The notes: generated by a model not told the origin, from the sequence alone. A stretch of 64,000 bases of DNA from Nymphaea colorata (GCF_008831285.2 NC_045138.2:14570001-14634000); one strand, 5' to 3'; positions 17,127-32,116 are shown, counted from the stretch's first letter. Translations and numbers: made by a program.

Positions 17127-19311
17127 ATTAAGGCGGCCGACCATCGCCCTACTCGACAACGAGCTTTCACTTGTTCGCTCCTGCGTGACTCTACATAGTT
17201 GTGGTGCGTTTAGAAAGGGGGGGAGGGAAGAGAATTGCCCCTAACCCACGTGCACCCTTGTGTGCATCTAAAAGCTACACTAGGGAACCTATTGATTTCC
17301 TAACGATAGACTGATGACCACGATGCACTTATATACTTTATCGTTGCACCACCTCGCTGCACATTCTAAGTGCATTGTTTTTTGCTTGACTTAGCGCCTG
17401 ATTGGATCTCATTTGCTTCCCGAGCAATGCCCAAACTAGCCAAGCAGCATCCCATACTACTAGCTTGGTCGGGTTAGATATAGTCGGTCCACATCAACTA
17501 CAACGAAGCACTAAAATTTGAAACAACTATCTTTTTTTCATCTTTGAGTTGAAGGATATATTGTACTTATACTTGGACTAACACCTTCCCCATCTCTCCT
17601 AAGTAAGTCAAAACCTTCAAAGCAGGGTATGACCTTGGATTGGATAGCTGTTTTCGTTAAATAAACATTTTTTTTAGAAACAATAATAATATCTCTGGTC
17701 ATAACACATAGAAATAATAAAATGGAACTTGTATTAGTCAATGCGTGAGGAAGTAGAATACGCAAACCTAAGCAATAAATCAAACGCAAATACTCTAAGA
17801 TTAGTGGTTGATGTGAAAGTTAAATGGTATTTGTTCTTTTATACTTCAAACCTCATCGATTGACTGCAGAGAGCTTCACAGGCATCAAGAAAATATAAAA
17901 TTATTGCATTGGGAAGTCCACACTCAAATGGCTCTTAGTTGCTTGTAAGAATTGAGGGATGTATTTTTTTAATATGCAACAACAGATTAATCAAACAACA
18001 CTAACAATAAAAGAATTTTTTTTTTCTCATATTCATATAAAAAAAATCGACTACTTAACTTATGATTGGGCATGAATAACAAATCCATTCTTCTCGTTTG
18101 CGTCGAAGCACGCAAATCCATTATTTTCGTACATTAGCAACTTCCAATATGCACGTAATCGGGGAATGAGTTTCTATTAATTATCTGAAAAATGCTTGCA
18201 ATTTTTTTTTTATTTATGTCGTTCCTGTGAAAACTTATTTCAATTTATAAAAAAGGAAAAACTGATTTTATTAACACATTTAACAACAGCTATAAGGTGG
18301 GGATAAAAACAAAAGGTGATACATAAGGGAAGGCTGAGTATGAAGAACCCCAAATTGCAAATTAAATATTAAAATTTTTAATACTGCACAAAATGATGTA
18401 GTTATGTATGTATATTCCTTGGTCTTAAACTATGGGGAAGTGGATTTCAATGAAAGGATCCAGTTTCTCTTGCATTTAATTACTTGAAATAAAATGAGAT
18501 CTACTTGTTACCCTAATTTGTTGAGTAATATCATCTATGTTATGATTAAGGCATAAGATCTACTTTTGACAATGTATAATTGGTGTCATATAAATTGTTT
18601 TAGTTTTATTTTAATAGATCAGTTTGATGTATTTCAGGCATGGTAGGGAAGTGATTAATTAAATTAGCTTTGTATTCTGTAAAGAGGCAAAAGCATATGA
18701 AAAAGCTTGGACACTTCACCAGCTACCTTATAGAAAAGGACATGAGAATCTTTCTTCCTACCGGATATTCCACTCATACAAAAAAAAGAAAAATATTTAT
18801 TGGGTAGCTGATTAATGGAAGCAGAACTTAGCTCACAACCACATAATCCTAAACTAATTCAAAGCCATTACCAACCAAGGTTTGATTTTTCCGTTTGTCT
18901 CAAAATAAAGTTGAGGGAGATAATTTCGTGCAAGAATCTATAGTTTATTTTTTTTTAAAAAAAAATAAAATTTATCCTGATTATAAAGATTCATGGTTTA
19001 AATATAAATAATACAGGGAAGGGCGTACATTAATCAACAAGTAGGCGAGCCTGATGGATTTGTCAATTAGACATGGACGGACGCCTGTGTTGGGAATTGA
19101 AGCAGCAGCGGAAGCAGGTTCACCAGCGGCTTCAGTTTGCACGTGAAGAAGCTGTGGCAACTACTGTGTCTGTTGAAAGATGGAGAAGAAGGAGAGAAAA
19201 TAGAATAAGAGAAAACAGAAGCAGTGCTAGAGTTGTTCATGGGTTTCCTTGTGAGGCCCACATTCAGGTAATCACCAAAGATTAACCATAAAATGGTGTA
19301 TTGCAAGCAGA

Positions 19312-19500
19312 GAAGGGTGGAAGCAAAGGGGGTAAGCCGTGGCCCCACTCCAATTAATTGAAAAAAACAAAAATTTACATTACAAAAATTAAAAATTTTT
19401 AGTTGGATAATATATTTTTTATATTTTGGTTTAGTTTGGCCCTACCCAGATAAATTCGTTGAACCATTTGGTCCGCTCTTGAAAAAAATCTTCGATTGTT
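19312..19500 (+). mobile_element. Degenerate copy of the hAT-like MITE family seen at 33057 and 37877
   Basis: Shared internal blocks (TATTTTTT...CCTACCCAGAT...GGTCCGCTCTTGAAAAAAATC). Confidence 0.6.
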
Positions 19501-20248
19501 GGGCTTAAATATACACCCTCACATGATTTCTCGATGCGCAACTTGCGGTTGGGTGAGGAGAGATAAGCGGTTTGATAAACATGGTAACGTTTATCTTAAA
19601 TTTTATCAAATAATATGAGTTTAACAAACGGTTTTGAAGTTGATCTCGTAACTGCGAGTAGACTCCCTCGCAGTTGCCAGATATTGGGATAGGGTTCAAG
19701 GCCAATATCCAAGAGCCTGAAGTTGGACACTGAGTAACTCTAAGTCCACTCACACTTAACTCGATCAAGCTGAGTTAACTTGGACTTAATGACAACAAGA
19801 GTAGAGTTTGAGTAGACGAGAAAAGACAGAGCTGAACTTTTCAGAGTTCGAGTAGACGAGAAAAGACGGAGTTAGAACTTTTCAGCCGAGCCCAGATCGA
19901 GTCACTCTCCTTAGAGGTGATGCATGTTAAACGGAGGCACGAGAATCGTGGAGCCGAGCTCAGAATCAAAAGCTTGAGTTGGAGGCGGGTTCATGCCAAG
20001 GTTTTTCAAGGGCCAAGATGAGCTCAAGTTGCTTTCAATGGGCGCGAACTCCGCTCGCATGTGCCCCATGAAGTCTCGATCGATTACTTATTGTAAGCAA
20101 CAGATGAATTGAAAACCTCACATCGTCCAAGTATTGTTGTCAACCTTTAAATTTCAATGTGATTCGTTCCGAGTCTCTCTAACAACTGAAGGAAGCCAGT
20201 TTTGCACTACATGATCCACTGCTTCAGCAGATTTAAGCAGGAATTACG

Positions 20249-20349
<101 letters not shown>

Positions 20350-21797
20350 AAAATGCAAAAAAAAAAAAAAAACTATATCTCACATGGATGATGGACACAT
20401 ACATGACGGAGAAGATGGCCTTTTAAGAGCTTTAGTCAGCGATGTGGCAGCAAATACAAGGCTAACTGCGTGCGGTGATGGAAATAAAAATGGGCAGTTA
20501 AAAATAAAACACTCGTAGTTGAGCCTTCTTCTCGTAAATCACCAATAATGTAGGAACCTTTAAGCGATTTACTTTATTTTCTTCATCAGTCCTTTTCTTC
20601 TTTTCTCTTTTCTAAAACCGTCTAGTACGGTACGGTTTTCGACAAATAAATGTGAAAGAGAAAAGGTTTGACAATGCCACATTCACTAGGAACCAAAAGC
20701 ATTAATGCATGTTAAATAATAAAAAAAAAAGTGTGAACATTTAGAAGTTACCAGCAATATTAAACGGTTTGGATTCGGTTTGGGTCAAGGCTTTTATCGA
20801 GTCTGACCCGGTTGGATCTCATTTGACCGGATTAAATTTCGGCTTTAGATTGGATCTGGATATTAGAAACCAAATCGGGCGTCCAACTTAGCTGAACATT
20901 TGACAGTTACCTTGTTTTGAAAGTTTCAAACGAAGATCCTCAATCAAGTCTCAACCCTGCCATCAACGATAATATCGTGTATCCGACAATACGTATTGTT
21001 ATGTCAGTCCCGTATTGCTTTATTGAATTTCAAATCTTTAATTTAAAAAGAATTAATATATTTCGAATTGTTTCTAAAAAAATAAAAATGTAAAATTCAA
21101 ACCTGTATCAGCCCTATATTGTATCGGCAAGGAGCTGAAGATACGATGCATATCTCCTGTTATACAAGGCTTGATTTATTTGTTTAGGCGACCCATTCAA
21201 AGCCAAAGCCTGTGTTTTGAAAAATAATATGAGGAGAATCAGGTTTTTTATTTCCTTTTACAAAACCAGGTTTTGTAGAAAAGATAGTTTTTGATGGCAC
21301 CTAAACACTCTACAAGCTTGGTTTTGAAGGTTAGACCTAGTTTTGGATGTGTTATCCAAACCCTTCCGAAATCTTTTGATATTATTAAGCTTAGCTGGAA
21401 ATTTTTCCTTAGCTTGCTAGACCCATTAAATGGTTTGCTTTTTAAAGATAGGCACGCTGTGAAATAATATCGGAGCTACACATATGTTGGTGCGGCAACT
21501 GCCCTTTAGGTAAAATAATTTTTTTTAATTCTGCTCTACTCTCAATAATTTTAAAAAAGAAGGCTTTAAGGGTCATAGTGCAGTTGGTCGGGTTAGGGGC
21601 TTGTATAAAGTATGGTCTCTAGTTTGATTTCCATGTGTGTTATGTTTTTATGTCTTAAGGTGATAGGGCACGACATCCAAATTAAAAGGTACACTGTTAC
21701 TGTCGTTAACACCGATACAGCTCAAGACCTTGCAGTTAAGGGGAATGGGGGAGGGGGAGGCCTTAGGGCCTCATTTAGGAGGGACGCACCTCTCACC

Positions 21798-21947
21798 CAA
21801 AATTAAAGAAAGAAGATTGGAAATGACACATTAATTTGGTTTGCTCTTTCAAGAGTTCTCGACCATGAAAAGCAAAATTAAAGAAAGAAGACTGGAAATG
21901 ACACATTAATTTGGTTTGCTCTTTGAAGAGTTCTGGACCATGAAAAG
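21798..21947. repeat. 75-bp tandem duplication (2 near-identical copies)
   Basis: CAAAATTAAAGAAAGAAGA...GACCATGAAAAG at 21798 and 21873. Confidence 0.92.
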
Positions 21948-23692
21948 AAGAAGAAGATGAAGAAAGAAACCGATTTAAGTGGTAGGGTTCTAGTAGACCA
22001 TTAAAGGAAGCATTATAAAGACTGAATATTTTAGTAACGCTATATAGATATGCGCACATGCAGCTCAATGGATGGGTCCTACGGGTACTTGGCATGGTTT
22101 ATCACCACAAATTGATCTTGTTAATGGAGGGGAGACTGCCACTACAACATATTTCTGAAGTTCTAGAAGAATCAGCAACCCAAAGTTCTAGATCGTTGCT
22201 AATTAACTTCATCAACTACCTATGTTGCAGGCAGAGCGCCATCGCCATTGAGAGGTGGTTATGTGCACTAGAGTCTACCAAGCACTCTCCTGGTGCATGA
22301 CATGTATCTTCCTCACCCACTGATCGCCATTAATAATCCCAGGTGCAAGCCTGTGCACATAATCAGCTGAGGTCGGGCTCACCCGTTCTATTGCAGTGTG
22401 CCTGTCTTGAATCTTGAAAGACACATGCTACGGGGGCGCATGATCTTCTTTATAAGCTTTTGCTTTCTTCCGCTCCAATCATTTTCAGCAGAACTACTTT
22501 CTGATTTGTACAACCAGTTAAATAATTCAGGAGAAAACAATGATCAAGATTTTTGGCAGGGGAAAAGAAAGTCCAAAGATTCGTCCACTGTAGAAAAGAG
22601 AAAAGTTTACGGGGAGGCTTCTTTTCTGTGTCAGATGGCTTAATTTCGTACGTGTAGGTGAAGACAAGGTCCATGCACTGAGCGAGCAAGTACACTGCGA
22701 TGGTTTTTTATGAACGGCCCTTCAATGTGGGAAGATGCAGTGGTAAGAATGTGGTAAAAACTTGGCAGAAAGTGATCAGGTTCACGCACCAGGACGATGA
22801 TAAGCTCCTGATCCTCATGACTCATCATTCCGGCATAATTTCACCTTTTCCTGCTGGTCTGTCTCCATTGCCGCTTCTCCTGTGCTGCTCAATGCTGCCA
22901 TCAGTTGTTAGCAAGTGGCTTTCCGTTGTCTGTCTCTTTAATGCTCGGGGGTTCCATCATCTACATTTCTGTCCACATTCTAAGTTTTGATTTATGAATC
23001 TGATCCTACTATGGAGCCTTCATGTTTAGTGTCAAGAAAATCATCAGAGCATGGGCAGCGATGTTCTTCTTCTAGATCTCCATTGAATTCCTGCATGTGT
23101 AGAAGAAGAACCAGAAAATTTTATTTGTGCGCTTGATTAATCTCCCCATGATTAATCCATCCGGCGGCCCCTGGTCATATGCATTTAAGCCCACCTTTGT
23201 TTATGGAAGGAATTTGTTGATAGTTTATGATCATAATTGCGGCATATATTGGAAGATCTTTATTTTCATGCGTTCATGTTTTTGATCAATTTCTTTATAG
23301 TTTGTGACTTTGTGTCAAGTAAACATGTATGTACCAGGATTCGGATGGTTCAAATTACACCCAACCCAACTTCAGTTTTGGCACAGGCAATCAGATTTAA
23401 AACCCGTCTTTTTGAGCTCCGAAATCGATAGCCGCCTTTAATGGTAAATTATTTTCGGATTACATTTTTATGAAGTTCTAGTTAAGAGACCTCATTTTGG
23501 CTTTATAAAAAATATACTCTTATTTGTTCTGATACAACCATATATCTCTCCATTAGCAGGAATTAGCTAGAGATCCGATTTATATGAAATCGACCATAAA
23601 AAGCCATCACATATATTGGCACTCGTATGTGCTTCAAATTAAGCATGAAAATTTGAAATGAGAGAGATCTGAAAGGCGTATGAAAAGCAGAT

Positions 23693-23694
<2 letters not shown>

Positions 23695-23750
<56 letters not shown>
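23695..23750. repeat. (CT)n microsatellite
   Basis: Seen directly. Confidence 0.95.
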
Positions 23751-23753
<3 letters not shown>

Positions 23754-25795
23754 GGGTATTTGTTTCCAATTTCCTTTTGACTGAAGAAACTTCTGCACTA
23801 ATTAAATTGCACCCAAACCTAAAGTCGCACTAAAATGTTATCTTCAAGTCTTAAACATATCTTTCTTCCCTTTTCTAATAGAAGAATTTGTTATTACTCT
23901 TTTGGCTTTTCAACGTACCATTGGAAAAGATGTGTAGTCTATTATGTAGCGAGCGAGCGAGAGAGAGAGAGAGAGAGCGTGGTTTGCACACAATGTCCAC
24001 ACTCCATTTACTCCACAATGCGTTCTTACATGTCGTGGGACATATGTCTTTCTCTCCTTCTCTTTCTCTTCGAAAGAGTGATAGTCGATTCAGCAATGCA
24101 TTATCTTTGTAGTGGCAAAGTGCAAAAGGAAGAGTATGGGAAAGAGACAATGTTACGTAGGTTGTGGGCATCATCATTTATAGGGTGTAACAGCTCTCCA
24201 CAGCAATGGGCAGCACAGAAACGAAAACCCAACAGAAATCTGTTTGTTTCTTCCTGGCCTTTCCCTCTCCTCAAGGGCCATGGCTTAAGCATGATCCTTG
24301 CTGCTACAACTGCCACCACATTCATGAGATCATTTAATTTAGCTTGCTTCATCAGTTTAGTTTCTCCTTTAGGTAAGCTCGAAAACCTACAAGTAGATAG
24401 TAATCAGAAACTGTCAAATGTTCAGATTCAGATCAGATGTACCCTTTACCAGATCTCGTTAACCGGACAGTCACATATTGGTGTTCAAGTCTGAATCTGA
24501 TTATCAAAGCCAAAGCCAAAACTGATCTGAAATCCCACCTGGTTTTGCAATTCCTAAACAACTCAATCTGCATTGACTGAGACCAAATCTAAGAGATATA
24601 TATTAGTATAGAAACAGGAAACGGATTGATGCATGGATAAATTGAATCTTATTGGCAGTGGTGGGGGTAGAACTTTTGACCGCGGGCACTTGAGTCAACT
24701 GGAGTCTGGTGTGGGCACCGCATGTAGCTGAATCAAGGACCAACTTTACCATAATGTAATTTTTGATGGGCTGGTGTGGGCAGTGGCCGACACCAGTCCA
24801 CACTGTAGCTCCACTAGGGCTTATTAGGTGTCATTTAATTTTCAGCACCGGATCTGGTCCAGATTTCCACTTGAGTTTCTAACTTTTATTTTCATATTCC
24901 ACTGATTTAAAGTGGTTTAGTTGGATATCTAATGCGAGTACGATCAGTAGACATCCCTATCTTATGCGGCATTCTTTCCAGAGCATTTCGGATCCTTTCT
25001 TTTTTGGGCTACAGTGAAGGTGTTGATACCATTACTAATGTTTTTGACGGTGGCGGAAGCCGTGTCAGTAAAACTTTTACTGACATTTTTCTTTCTTTAC
25101 TTCTATTTTAGTGGTAGTGATGAGTGAAATACTTGTAGTGATATATGGCAGACCTGATTTTCTAGCAGTTATAAATGAAGAACCAATAACTCTTGTTCAG
25201 TTAGAACTCTTTGATTATCTTAGTCTACAACATCTGTTACAAAGTACCATCTTCTACCAAATTAGACGAGCAATACTGGTCAAGCGAAACAGTTCAGCTT
25301 GGCTTCTTTAAGGGCTTCCCTAGCAGTGCTTAGTTTGTCTAATCAGAAATGGATGTTGTTTCAAACTGTTGATGGGGGAATATATGAATGTTTTGAAGGG
25401 TTTGGCTTGTGAAGCACAGGCCACTTTGGGTCCAAGCACGTTTATTTCTTGCTTCAAAATAGTTGTATGCGATCAGAAAGGGAAAACTCAAGATGCATTG
25501 CATTAAACAGGTTTGTTTATGCTTCAAATTTCCAGAAATTTTAAACTAGAGATCCTTCTTTGTGCTTGGCTAATTTTTCTGGTGCCTACTGTGAAAGCAA
25601 ACTCTGTTTGGTCCGGCAGTTAGAGAATCGAGCAAGATTGAATGTATAAACTTGGGGTCACTTGGATCTTCTTTATTTTCTAGACATATCCATGTTTAAG
25701 AACTACGAAACGACAAAAACAAGCGTATGCTGTGAAATTAGATCCTAGTTCTCTGAATCCTCACATCCTGACTTCAGTTAACCACACACACACAC

Positions 25796-25828
<33 letters not shown>

Positions 25829-26724
25829 TGTCAAGTGGCTAAAGGCACCTTATCTTAATTGAGATATGTAAAAAGTGGCCAAAGGTACCTTATCTTATAC
25901 TAATTGAGATTGGTAAAAAAGTTCATAAACCATGGAATATCATACAGGAGTTTGCCTAGGCAAAAAAGAAGCAGGCAGGCTACCGCTAGAATAGTCGGGC
26001 CAGCTTCCATCTTTCAACTTTTTTGGAAAAGCTTATTTTTTTGCTTTTTCCCAAAAACAAAAGGATATAAAAGTTATGTACTCTTACTGCTGCATAAAAG
26101 GAGCACTTGCATAAGACTGTTATGGGACAGTCCCCAATCCATGCATTGAACAAATAGGAAAATGTCAAAATCGTCTCCCTTATGAAAAGTTAAACAGAGT
26201 TTTTATTGCACACTTTAACTGATCTAATCATTTTGTCAAATGCAATGGTCATAGACGCATCTCATACAATAATCTAAAGGAAATGAGATGGATTCCAATC
26301 AAATCAGTACTGCTACAGAATTTAATAAGAAAGCTAGAACTTTCAGCTTTTATTTAAATCGTGGACTACTTTGCTGTGGAGAAACCTATCTTACTTCAAG
26401 TCTCCTCTTTCTCTTTAATCTAAAATTGTTATGGGCGTTACAGAAGAAGCAACTGATTGCCCAATAAAGCCAAGATGACAATGCTCTATCTCGTGGCTCA
26501 CTTCTAGGCTTTAGGAATGGAATCACATTATTCTCTCTTTCCGAGACCTTACATGCTAGGGGAAGAAGAAAAGTAACATAAACTACTGAGTGGAGACACC
26601 AAGATTGCAAATGGGCAATTTGGCATGACCCACCTTCATTGTTGCTCTCTTTAGTGCTCATCTGCGTCCACTCAATGCAGTAACAGATCCTATTTTCTTT
26701 CCACCCCCAATCGCTTGTAATTTG

Positions 26725-26732
26725 TATATAAA
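26725..26732 (+). promoter_or_regulatory. Putative TATA box of the VTL gene
   Basis: TATATAAA ~280 nt upstream of ATG 27009. Confidence 0.5.
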
Positions 26733-27008
26733 TATGTGCAGCTTGTGGCGAACTTGTGCCAACCACAAGTTCACAATCTTCTTCACTTCTGTAGATGCTT
26801 AAAGGCCTCTAATAAAGTCCTTAGGTCGTCTAGTTTTCTGGCTGGGGGTTCTGCCCTCCGGCGAGATTCGAGCTCCAGCACCTCCGTCTAGATCGCTTCA
26901 CTCTACCAACTTGGCTACTCACTAGCCAACTGCCATTGTCCTTGATTGTTGATCTTGCGTCTACTTGATCTTACCATTATCGTAATCGACATTTTTTTTG
27001 TAGACAAG

Positions 27009-27635
27009 ATGGAAAAAGTAGTGATTGGAGTGAACGATCATGCGATGGCGGGTGCTGAGAAGACTGAGTTCGATTACTCTCAGAGGTCTCAGTGGCTGAG
27101 AGCTGCCGTTCTGGGCGCCAACGACGGCCTCGTCTCCACGGCTTCCCTGATGATGGGGGTGGGGGCGGTTAAGCAGGAAATCAAGGCCATGATGCTTTCG
27201 GGGTTCGCCGGACTGATGGCCGGAGCTTGCAGCATGGCCATCGGGGAGTTCGTGTCGGTATACTCGCAGCTGGAGATAGAGGTCGCTCAGCTGAAGAGAG
27301 ACAAAATGAGGGGTGAACAGGGAGGCCGTGAGGGTGAGGAAGACGGAGGAGGGCAGCTGCCTCGGCCGTTTCAGGCGGCGTCGGCGTCGGCGATGGCATT
27401 CACGGTGGGTGCAATCGTGCCCCTGCTGTCTGCTGCGTTTGTGAGGGAGTACTGGGTCAGGGTTGGGGTGGTGGCCGGGGTATCAAGCGTGGCGTTGGTG
27501 GCGTTTGGGGCGACGGGAGCTGTGCTCGGCCGGTCGCCGGTGGTCCGGTCGGCGGCAAGGGTGCTGATCGGAGGGTGGGCAGCCATGCTTCTTACCTTTG
27601 GGCTCATGAAGTTGGTCGGGTCGAGGGTGATGTAG
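27009..27635 (+). CDS. Vacuolar iron transporter homolog (VTL/nodulin-21, CCC1 family), intronless, 208 aa
   Basis: FDYSQRSQWLRAAVLGANDGLVSTASLMMGVGAV and GACSMAIGEFVSVYSQ motifs; several hydrophobic helices; first ATG at 27009. Confidence 0.95.
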   Translation: MEKVVIGVNDHAMAGAEKTEFDYSQRSQWLRAAVLGANDGLVSTASLMMGVGAVKQEIKAMMLSGFAGLMAGACSMAIGEFVSVYSQLEIEVAQLKRDKMRGEQGGREGEEDGGGQLPRPFQAASASAMAFTVGAIVPLLSAAFVREYWVRVGVVAGVSSVALVAFGATGAVLGRSPVVRSAARVLIGGWAAMLLTFGLMKLVGSRVM

Positions 27636-27721
27636 CATTAAGGCCAGTACGTGGTGGGTGTTGCATGTCGAAGCTGTCTGTTTCATGCAGCATTAATCTC
27701 CTAGCTAGTTTGAGCTTTCTA

Positions 27722-27760
<39 letters not shown>

Positions 27761-30700
27761 ATACAGTGAGGAGAGAGATGAATAGGTATTCTGATCTTTG
27801 ACGTATGTTTTGCATGAGGCAAGATCTACGAGAGCTTGTTCTGCAGGCCTGGTTTCATCATGCATGAATGCATGGTGGCTGTTTGTTAAATAAGTAAAAG
27901 TTTGCACGTCTCTCTCTCGTTATAAAAAGGAAGAAAAATGAACGAGTAGTTCGATCGATGCATGATTTGCATGAAGCGCATTCCATAAAAATTTGGTGTG
28001 ATCACGAGATAGATGCATTCAATCAAAAATTTGGATAACAAGTTGTCACCAATTTTACAAAATTCGGCAGAAGAAACAAAATGAAACAGAAAACAAGCAA
28101 AAGAGAGAAAGAGAGAGCTTAAATCCTAGTACTTGGGGATTATGGGAATCGAACTGATGGCAGGTTAAGCTGTGTTAAGCCCTTTGGAGCCCAAAAAAAA
28201 AATAAATAAATAAAAGAAAAGGGAGAGAGAGCTCCATCAATATAGTCGTTGCAACCATATCTCTTTATCATTTATATCTAGTGATGTTCTACCTAACCCC
28301 ATCTTCCTGATTAAAAATAAAGCATCCACCTAACTCCATCTTACTAATTAATTAAAAAAGAAACTATAGAATAAACACAACCCACATTCTAACTCACTCA
28401 TAGATGTCGAAAAATGTTCTCTTCACAACCTTTTTGCGATGTTTTTATGAGTAAGTGAATGGAAGTCAAATCCCATGTACCAATGAAAATAAGGATAAAA
28501 TTTCACATAGTTTAGCATTTGTTTCATTGTTTAATCACACAACTTTGGAGAAATTTGTCTCCTTGAGTCGATCTCCTGAAGATCTGGCTCCTGCTCCTTC
28601 ATGAGGACACAACAGTTGAGAGTCCAGTATGGTAGATGCAGAAGAAAGAAAGAAACTGGAAAAAAAAAAAACATTTGAATATTTGGGCTCTCTTTGTTCG
28701 ATATAAGATCTAATTTATGGAGATGCTTGACATATTTTCTTGATTTTTATTACCTTTTGTGCATTTTTAATTAGTTTTTCTTATGTTCTTTAGATTTTTC
28801 ATCCTTCAACATAAATTTTGATTTGAATCTTATTTTGAAGTGATTCTCATTTCTGACTCGCATCAATGGATTCTGGTCTTTTTACTGACGACGGATTCGA
28901 TTAAGGAGTAGCTTTTTGCAATACTAGAGGCCACTCGAATACTCCACCTGAATGATGAATCCCCTTTCTAGTTAAAGTGTAGAAAAGAAAGAAAAGCCAG
29001 TGAAGGATCCACGTTGTTCATGGGCATTATCAGCGTGGGAAGATGATAACTGACATCATTGCTCAGGAATTATTTCTGGCTTTGTCTTTGAGAAAGAAAG
29101 CTCTACCTGCAAAACCATGTGCACCAAGATTCCATGGAATGGTTCTTTTTGCAACAAGGCGACCAAAATCATGACAATACAATGCGAGTTCCAGATCGAA
29201 GTATCTAATTGAGACAATGGTCCTGCTTGAAACGGGGAAGGTTTAGATTTGAGTTAGTTGGATGCCAATTAATTAATTTGGTGAAATTTTTTCAATTCAC
29301 CATTTGTTTTCCGAAATATAAATTTAAAAAAAAATTGTGTAACTTTTTGTAGGCTCAAGATGGGAACCATCGTCAAAGCATTTTTTTTAAAAGTAATTTC
29401 ATTCGTGAAATATAAATTAAAAAATGGTGGAATTTTTTCTTGGCTGAAGATGGCAATGATTTTTTCAAGCATCTTTGTAAGCAAGTAATGTCGGTCACTT
29501 TAGTCGACAAGTTTACTACGGGTGCGCTTACATTGCAAAGCAGTCTTAAACCCCAAAAACAGAGAGAAAGAGGAGAGTTTCAACCCTGCTTCATACGGTT
29601 TGAAAACTTTGAACTAAAGTGGAGACATGTTAGTTTATTGACAACATTTTCTAACGGAATTGTTTGTTATAGATTTTCTTGGGGATAATTTATGTAGACC
29701 ACCACTTTGGAAAATGAACAAAAATTTGAAACCACTGTCAGTTATAGGTTTTAACGGGTTCAATACAGTGGCGGAGCGGTATGGCGACTGTGTGGGCAGT
29801 TGCCCTTCTTAGAATTTCTTTATTTTTAAATTAGCATCTTTAAACATATATATATTATATACATATCCCACCGAATATGAGTATTTTTAAAGCCAATTTT
29901 TCTAGCTCCTTTAAATATGAAACCAACGTGATCCATACTGAGTATGTTGGAACTGAGTTTGATACAAAAGAGCCCGGCCTGAATGTTAGGGTCTGACATG
30001 TACCGTGTGACAGGTTGACAGCAAGGCCCAGCTTTCACTTTTAAAAGGACCTGGATATGGTTCCCATTGGGGATCCAGATCCTGGCTAAAAGCTAGCCTC
30101 ACTCAAGCGGACATGGGTCTGGTTCGGGCCATGCAATGCAAGGGTGGTCCGAACCACTGCCACTAAGTCCATGGGCCCAGCCCGACTATTATTAGGTCAA
30201 GCGTTGGGCTTCCATTTGGATTGTTCTAATTTTTCTGCCATTAAGGTGAAGCTGGTTATACTAAATTTCCTGTGCGTCTGTTTAAAAGAAAAAGTAAAAT
30301 TTACAAAACAAAAAAGAGAAATAAAAAAAAAATGAAAAGACTCAAACATTTCTTTTAGCACACTGGCGCGGGGGACCGCTAAGAACTCGGGTCGAGTCCT
30401 TGGGCATCACCTGCCCGCTTCAGATGTGCTTCAGTCCATGGCCGTAAAGGGCCCGAAACAAGCTCAGAACCCAGGGGAGAGGGTGACGAGGGGGGGGCCT
30501 CTGGCCTCTCTTAGGGGGGTGGAATGAATCACTCACCCTAAAAAAAAAGAAAAAAAATAATAAAAAATGTCTCATTTTTTTTCTTTTGGCATACTTTTGT
30601 TGCATGCACCGAGCGGCCCACACAACTCACTCCCCCTTTTATGTGCCAAAATTCTGGGCCAGCGTGATTCCCATCACCTGCTGAGACACAGAGAAAAAAT

Positions 30701-30977
30701 CAGAATCCAAGCAGATTAAAGACGAACACCTGATAGTACATGAACCAAACTATTGTACTATTAGCATATGACAACAATTCAGCAATAATGTTCCCAGGCG
30801 GTTAAACCCTTCTAGTTCTGCTGCAACCTGGTCCTGCTGGAAACCGGCAGATTGATCAACTCACGATTGTGAAAACCAAGTCCATCTCTAGCAACTTGAA
30901 CAAAAATGATAATGATCCGTCCGAATCATGGGGAAGAGCACGCTTAATTGTGCTCGGCGCACGTCAAGAGGTGCGTT

Positions 30978-31067
30978 GCTAGTTTGATTCTCATGAGTGC
31001 AATGCTTTTAGCTTTTAAAGAGCTAGTTTGATTCTCATGAGTGCAATGCTTTTAGCTTTTAAAGAGC
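30978..31067. repeat. Perfect 44-bp tandem duplication
   Basis: GCTAGTTTGATTCTCATGAGTGCAATGCTTTTAGCTTTTAAAGA twice. Confidence 0.95.
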
Positions 31068-32116
31068 GAGACGAGGTACCTGAGTTGAAACTTGTACTGT
31101 CGTGACTGGAGATGCACAATGGAAACTTGCAATTCATAAGGATTTCTCATTTATGTGATCAGAAGCAACAAGCGGAAAAACAACTCTATAAACTTGTTAA
31201 CGTTTCAGTTTTCACCAAATCGGTAGCCGGCCTCTGTTATAGTCTAGCAAAGCTCATAGAGAGAGAGAGAGATCAGATTCCATAAAGTTAATTTGCTGTT
31301 CCAGCTTCACGAGCGCCAAATCTAATTATTTATACAGGCAGGTTCACCACTGTTCTTAAGAGAACCTACTTTAGTCATGTTTCTTAACAAGAATGAAATC
31401 TTGGCTTCGGTTTTTCGGGATAGAAAACTCCACCAAATTTTGATGCATCGCAAGCCCTTTACTTTTGGTCTTCTTCTTTAAGACAATGCAATTCAAAGCT
31501 GGTTAAGGGTAAAATAATCCAAGCTTTTGTCCATCATATTGTTCGATTAGACTGTTCTATATATATATATATATATATTCAATCCTTCTTTGCTCTAGTC
31601 AGTGGGGTCACAAAATAAAAAAGACAAACAAAAGCCTAAGACGACTGCCAGTAGAGTCCAAACAAAGTTGAAAGTCCCCAAAAGAGTCCCAACTCGATCA
31701 ATGGCCATAAACCCATTGATTAGCCATTCCAATAGTTGGTTTCAGACTCAGCTTCCAACTCCTCAAATTCCATATGCTTGCCCTCATCATTAGCCAAAAG
31801 AAAAGGCATTGCATCTAATTATAAATATAAGGTCTATCAAACGATCAAATAAACATATAATGTTAACAACTAAAAGCCACTTAATTTAAAGCTTAATTAC
31901 TCGGTGAGATAATTAAATCTCATGCTCCCACCATTTAAAAAATGACAATTTGTGCACAAGATCATGACTGTGAATCAGCATCCTTAAGTTTGTTTTAAAA
32001 TGCCAATCACGTCCCAAATTTTCTAAAGCCTTAGGGACCGGTCGGTCTTACTCTTACATACTGTACAAAGCTCTTGGAGCTTACACATTGCGCAGCTTAA
32101 TTTTAAGCTGAGTCGT

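Noticed and set aside
22000..23000. Exon-like, moderately GC-rich segment
   Set aside because: No consistent frame or recognisable protein; would need BLASTX.
23835..24494. 219-aa ORF
   Set aside because: Runs through a (GA)n microsatellite, atypical composition, no domain.
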